This document shows positions 59,587 through 64,000 of a DNA stretch of 64,000 bases, one piece after another. Under the pieces are notes generated by a model that was not told the DNA's origin, searched no databases, and worked only from the letters and a program-made list of their open reading frames with translations. The first letter of the stretch is position 1. The number at the start of each line of letters is the position of its first letter. Where the stretch lies: assembly GCA_030704615.1 (NCBI GenBank), contig CM060734.1, positions 33,976,001 through 34,040,000 on the forward strand, in the 5' to 3' direction. Origin of the DNA: Takakia lepidozioides (lineage: Eukaryota > Plantae > Bryophyta). The position numbers and the translations under genes are program-made.

Positions 59587-62500
59587 TTTCTCTGCTCAAA
59601 TATGGTATTTAGAAGGCTACAAGTATGATTTTGTAACATGAACGGGGAGATTATACATGTGCACGAAAGAAGGTGCGCTCTTTCTTGATCATGAGATTAT
59701 AGAGTGCTGTCCCTGCACCTTGCAAGTGATATAGTCTGTATGTACAAGCGAATCCCTGAACCACGTGCAAATTGGTTGCCCCGGTAAGAAGTTTGTTTGA
59801 TTACAGCCAATAGTTGAACTTTGAGGAGGAGGCTTCTGAAGGTGTTAAGCAGCTCGAGACATAATATACACTACACCTCATGTTCGTTGAAAGTTCAGTC
59901 CTCAATCACCACTCCCCGTGGCTGCGCTGATTATAGAGTTCAAAAAAACCTATAATTTTCCTGGTCACTTCAGATGGACGATAAGAGAGGTAGAAGAGTC
60001 ACAGAGATCTTCAACATGTGTGTGTGGACACAGGTGCAGAAGAATAACAAGCTAGGAACAACTCAGAGGTGTACAGGAGACGACGGAGAGCGGGAAAAAA
60101 AGACGGAGGACGGGAGAAAAAGACGGAGGATTCGGAATAAGAGATGTATCTAGAGGGAAGACCTCAGAGTGCAATGTGAATAGCAAAATTCAGAAAATGG
60201 AAGTGAGAGAATGTAGGCAACAGCTGACCCGAGAGACATGACGGCGCACTATGACACGGTCGGAAACAGCGAGGGATCGAATCAAAGCATTTTACACCGG
60301 AAACAAAGACGACAGCAGTTGAAAGAGCTAGCGAGACGTAAAGAGAGAGGAGAGAGAGCGACTCGCGAAGTGAGGCAGGCATATCTAGGGCAGATGCCGA
60401 TTTGACATTCCTACTATACGATTCGGAGATCTCCGTTTCTTTTCCAAGACAACAAGAGCGAGCACCAGATCCAGCGTCCCGAGTCCGACAAACAGTGAAG
60501 AAAAATTTGAGATGACGAGCACTTTTCGAGACACACTTGATCTTCGCGGAATGCAGAGAAGAGGAAAGAGACAGACAACAACGACGACGAAGAGGGCTCC
60601 CACAGAATATTCCCGTACCATTACTTTACTCCAGAATATTCTCCAACACCCTTTCCTCTTTTAGCCAAGCATCTCCTCACCGGCAGCTCCGGTGACCAAA
60701 CCTCCCGGACGGCGTGAACTCACCCTGACAGACGAATGTAGACGGATGTGTAACAGATTCGCGCCCACGAGCGTTCCTTGTTCCTTCCCCGATAGATGAA
60801 CCTGGGAACTGGCGGAAGCCATGTACGTGAGTTGGACAGATTCCGTCGGCGGCGTGAATCGAGTTTGGCAGGACCCGTGGCACGGGCGCGGGCAAGAATC
60901 TAGAGCAGGAATTCGAGCAGCGCTGAGTCAATATCGACCCGCGCACTCCATTTACTTGCGCATTGACCCGGTCGTCAGACGCATTTATGGGTAGAATATA
61001 TACGTGATTCTGAGCCGCACTTCTGACCCCTATTTTTCTTCCAATATTAAAGCACGACTGGCAGCCACCATGTGGCATGACCGCCCCAAATACAGCTAAC
61101 AATACTCTAATATTCTCGCACAGAAATATAGTATTCCAGGAATATATCGCCTGGCTAATATAGAAATCTGGCCCCATTAAACTTCACGCTACGCAGCATC
61201 TTTTGATTCCGAGGCCGGACGAAAATCGTGGGTCCGAGACTGCGGGAACGCCACGAATCTAAATTGAACCTGCCCACCGGCCCTACAAGTCGAACATACC
61301 GGGAATCATCGCGGTACGGGATAACAGGGTCATCCGGTGACGCTACCGGGAATCAAAGGTGCGCCGGACGCAGCGGCCGTCGCAATCATAGCAGGGAATC
61401 TTTGTAGTACCGGGCCCAGACGACGGGTGTGGGAGACGGGACCCGTTACCAACTACCCTCGCCGGGCCGATATCGCCACGTCAGACATATTCCGCCTCGT
61501 GGATCCACCCAGATCCCGGTTTCCCCTAAAATACATCTCGGAGCTTTCCAGCGCCTACAGATCATACCCCAAATTTTCACGAATTCAAGACTTGGAATAG
61601 GTTTTGGGGTCGAATCGGGTGAGACCCAGTCCAGGCTCGCCCGGGCGCCGACCATTTGGGTGGAAGAGGGCTGGGCCCAGATGTCGGCTGTTCCCATTGG
61701 CCGACCCGGTCGCCATCGCCCGACACTTGCAGAGCTCGCCCAGAAAATATAGACTATGGCGAGAGTATCTGCAGAATTTGTCCAACGCGCGCGGTCGGCC
61801 GAACCGAGGCCCGCGTCGGGTCCGCGGCCCGGGACGGACCGGATGAGTCAGAGCGACAGAAATTCCTGGATTATTCGTTCGCTCAGAGTTTCATTCGTTG
61901 GTGCGACGGACAGAAAAAGATGCTGCTGCGGTGTTCCTGCAGCGCCGCGTGGCAGCGGGGGAGTAATAGAATCGGCCCATGTGCGGGCCACATGGCGACG
62001 GGATGGCGCACGGAGTTTGATGCACCTGCAAGCTACTAACCTGCGGAGTTAGTGCGCTTTGTTTACTAATTGACTGCCTCTATGGCGTATGGGCCCGTGA
62101 TTAGTCAGAGGGGTTAGTTAGATTGAGTCTTCCAGAAGGTTCGCCACGTTTGTCCACGCCTTTATTTGCAATATCGCGTGCGGCGTCACCGTGACGTCAG
62201 CACCCACGGATGGACTTCCGTCCGGATCACACTGCGAACTAGATTATTCGGACTTTTTGGGAAATGATGCCATTTATGATTTTGGAATCTAGACGCTGGG
62301 GGAATATGTGTGATACCCATGGCAATATTTATCATTCCTCGGCGGCTAAATAAGGTGTTACCTAACAATCAGTATCATTTCCAATTAAATAAATATAAAA
62401 GATATTCCGGTTGTATGTATCATTGAATGTCGCGAATTGTTGGGGCATCTTTGTCATTGAAAGCTTAGGTCGCAAGGCTTGCTGGCTATTATTACCGAGG

Positions 62501-63379
62501 TGCTCCCACAAATATTCCTGACTAAGTGCAATCTCGTGCCAGTTGGTGAGCTGCAGCCTTTGAAGGTTGAACTCGCTGGGGCACAGCGCCCGAGGTTTGA
62601 CCCGATCGGACAGCTTCTACTACTGGGTTACGTGCTCGCCAAACTTCCCCGTTGGAGCCGATCTCCTTGGAATTTGGTGACCTGTTATCGACTGACTCAC
62701 CTTCTTACATAAAGAGGGCTGGCAATTAACGGATATCAATATCCTCCCTCCTCTTTTCCCTGACCATTTGCGGATGCTCCCTTATTCCGCTCTTAATTCA
62801 GTTACGAAAAGCTGGGTTTGTATGGACGATGTCTTTGATGCACGAATTACAGCTCAAAGGTTAGTTTTCATCGACATGGGCGATTGTCCGAGTCCTCTCT
62901 TACTTAACCCTAACTCGATTTGAACTCGACTTCAAAATGTAAGTTCGATTCAGAGAGCCTGCTTCTGCGAAGTGATGAGACATAGGTAATATACCGCTGG
63001 AACAAATTGTCACAGTCACACCGACAGTTTCGATGTCGGTGTCCAAGTTTCGAGATTTAGTTGGACCGGTATTTATTCAACCAATCGAAGTTCTTTTCCG
63101 CGCGATACACGTTTCATCAAATCTATTTCATTTAAGGTGAAAGGATCTGGCCTCAGGTTCAAAGGTTCAAATATTCAAACATTATTACCCTTTCTCACGC
63201 TCTTATATTACCCAGCTCCTTTAAAATGTCGGGCATCGTCACCATCAGTACTGCTACCGAATGGCCTGTGCTGGTCTCGTTGAAGGCTTTAGCCAATATG
63301 TCCAATTGTCCAGAATGATGCTCAGCACGGCTGCTGCCTCTTTGCATAACATGCAGATGATCATATAACGAGATCGGAT

Positions 63380-63645
63380 TTCTGGACACTCTGACCTCGG
63401 TCTCCCATCGCTTAGATAAGTCTCTAACTCGCCATTGCGTCAGATGATCTAGACGTTGTTACAGCGTGTTCATCATCATACACTGCAATCAGCATCAACA
63501 TGCTACCCATTCTTTTGCATGATACATATGCAGGATCTGAATCTGGACACTCGACCGCTTAGGTATAGGCCGCTAACTTGCCACTGCGTCAGATGAAGCT
63601 AGACATTGTAAGTGCAGTTTTACAAGGTAGGGTGTTCATCAGCAT
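63380..63645. repeat. Diverged ~100-bp direct repeat
   Basis: tctggacact...cgcttag...gcgtcagatga...ctagac...gtgttcatca at ~63381 and ~63542. Confidence 0.6.
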
Positions 63646-64000
63646 ACAGCCGGGAGAATAGGAGGGAGCATATCTGAGATTTAACATCTTGATTGCCCAC
63701 TCAACAGAGAGAAATCTCTTAACTTGATGATTTTGACATCAAGGATTACACCAAAGAGCGGGAGAAAAGAGAGGGATATTGAAGGAAGAGCCACATATAT
63801 AATGTAGTGTCTGGAAAAGAACCAGTCCAGAGAGTCACGGCTGGCTGACGATCGAGCTAGATAAAGATATCCAGAGACAATTCGAGTGACAAAACAGCCT
63901 TCAAGAGGCTGATTTTCAGAGTGGCTTTGGATTTAGTCTAAAGGAAATTGTAGGCCCTGTCTCTTTCTGCGAGAGAAGAAATGGTCGATGATGGCCAGCC

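Noticed and set aside
60164-64000. Short ORFs upstream of the MYB-CC gene
   Set aside because: No recognisable domains; most likely 5' UTR, promoter and intergenic sequence.

Overview
Eukaryotic, intron-containing plant DNA. The PLS-class PPR motifs and MYB-CC gene suggest a seed-free land plant (inference). About 55 kb is a nested transposon cluster next to one apparently intact host gene, a MYB-CC/PHL-APL-type transcription factor (minus strand, 55569-59586). Reconstructed history: (1) A long minus-strand LINE (RRM ORF1, ~5 kb of unusual long ORFs with a PPR fragment, 2A-like motif, APE, RT, chromodomain, RNase H) abuts a scrambled PPR pseudogene. (2) A hAT element with protein-kinase and RING-H2 cargo (4575-34204, 8-bp TSD GTCCATTG) inserted into the LINE. 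(3) A ~15.8-kb MULE-like element (8-bp TSD CCATCAGC) inserted into the hAT's internal repeats. (4) A ~6.6-kb inversion (25475-32041) cut both the hAT transposase and the MULE repeat array. The most striking system is in the MULE-like element. It holds a spliced gene fusing a ParB-like domain to a beta-class DNA amino-methyltransferase fold, next to ~57 copies of a 22-bp palindrome (GGAAATGCGGYRCCGCATTTCC) at a 53-bp period. I saw this palindrome only inside that element. Further right are a degenerate Helentron-type Helitron (OTU, Myb-like, Rep, PIF1, APE) and a Crypton-type tyrosine recombinase remnant. All TE genes are disrupted except LINE ORF1 and one orphan cargo ORF. Domain calls come from motif recognition by eye, not database searches.
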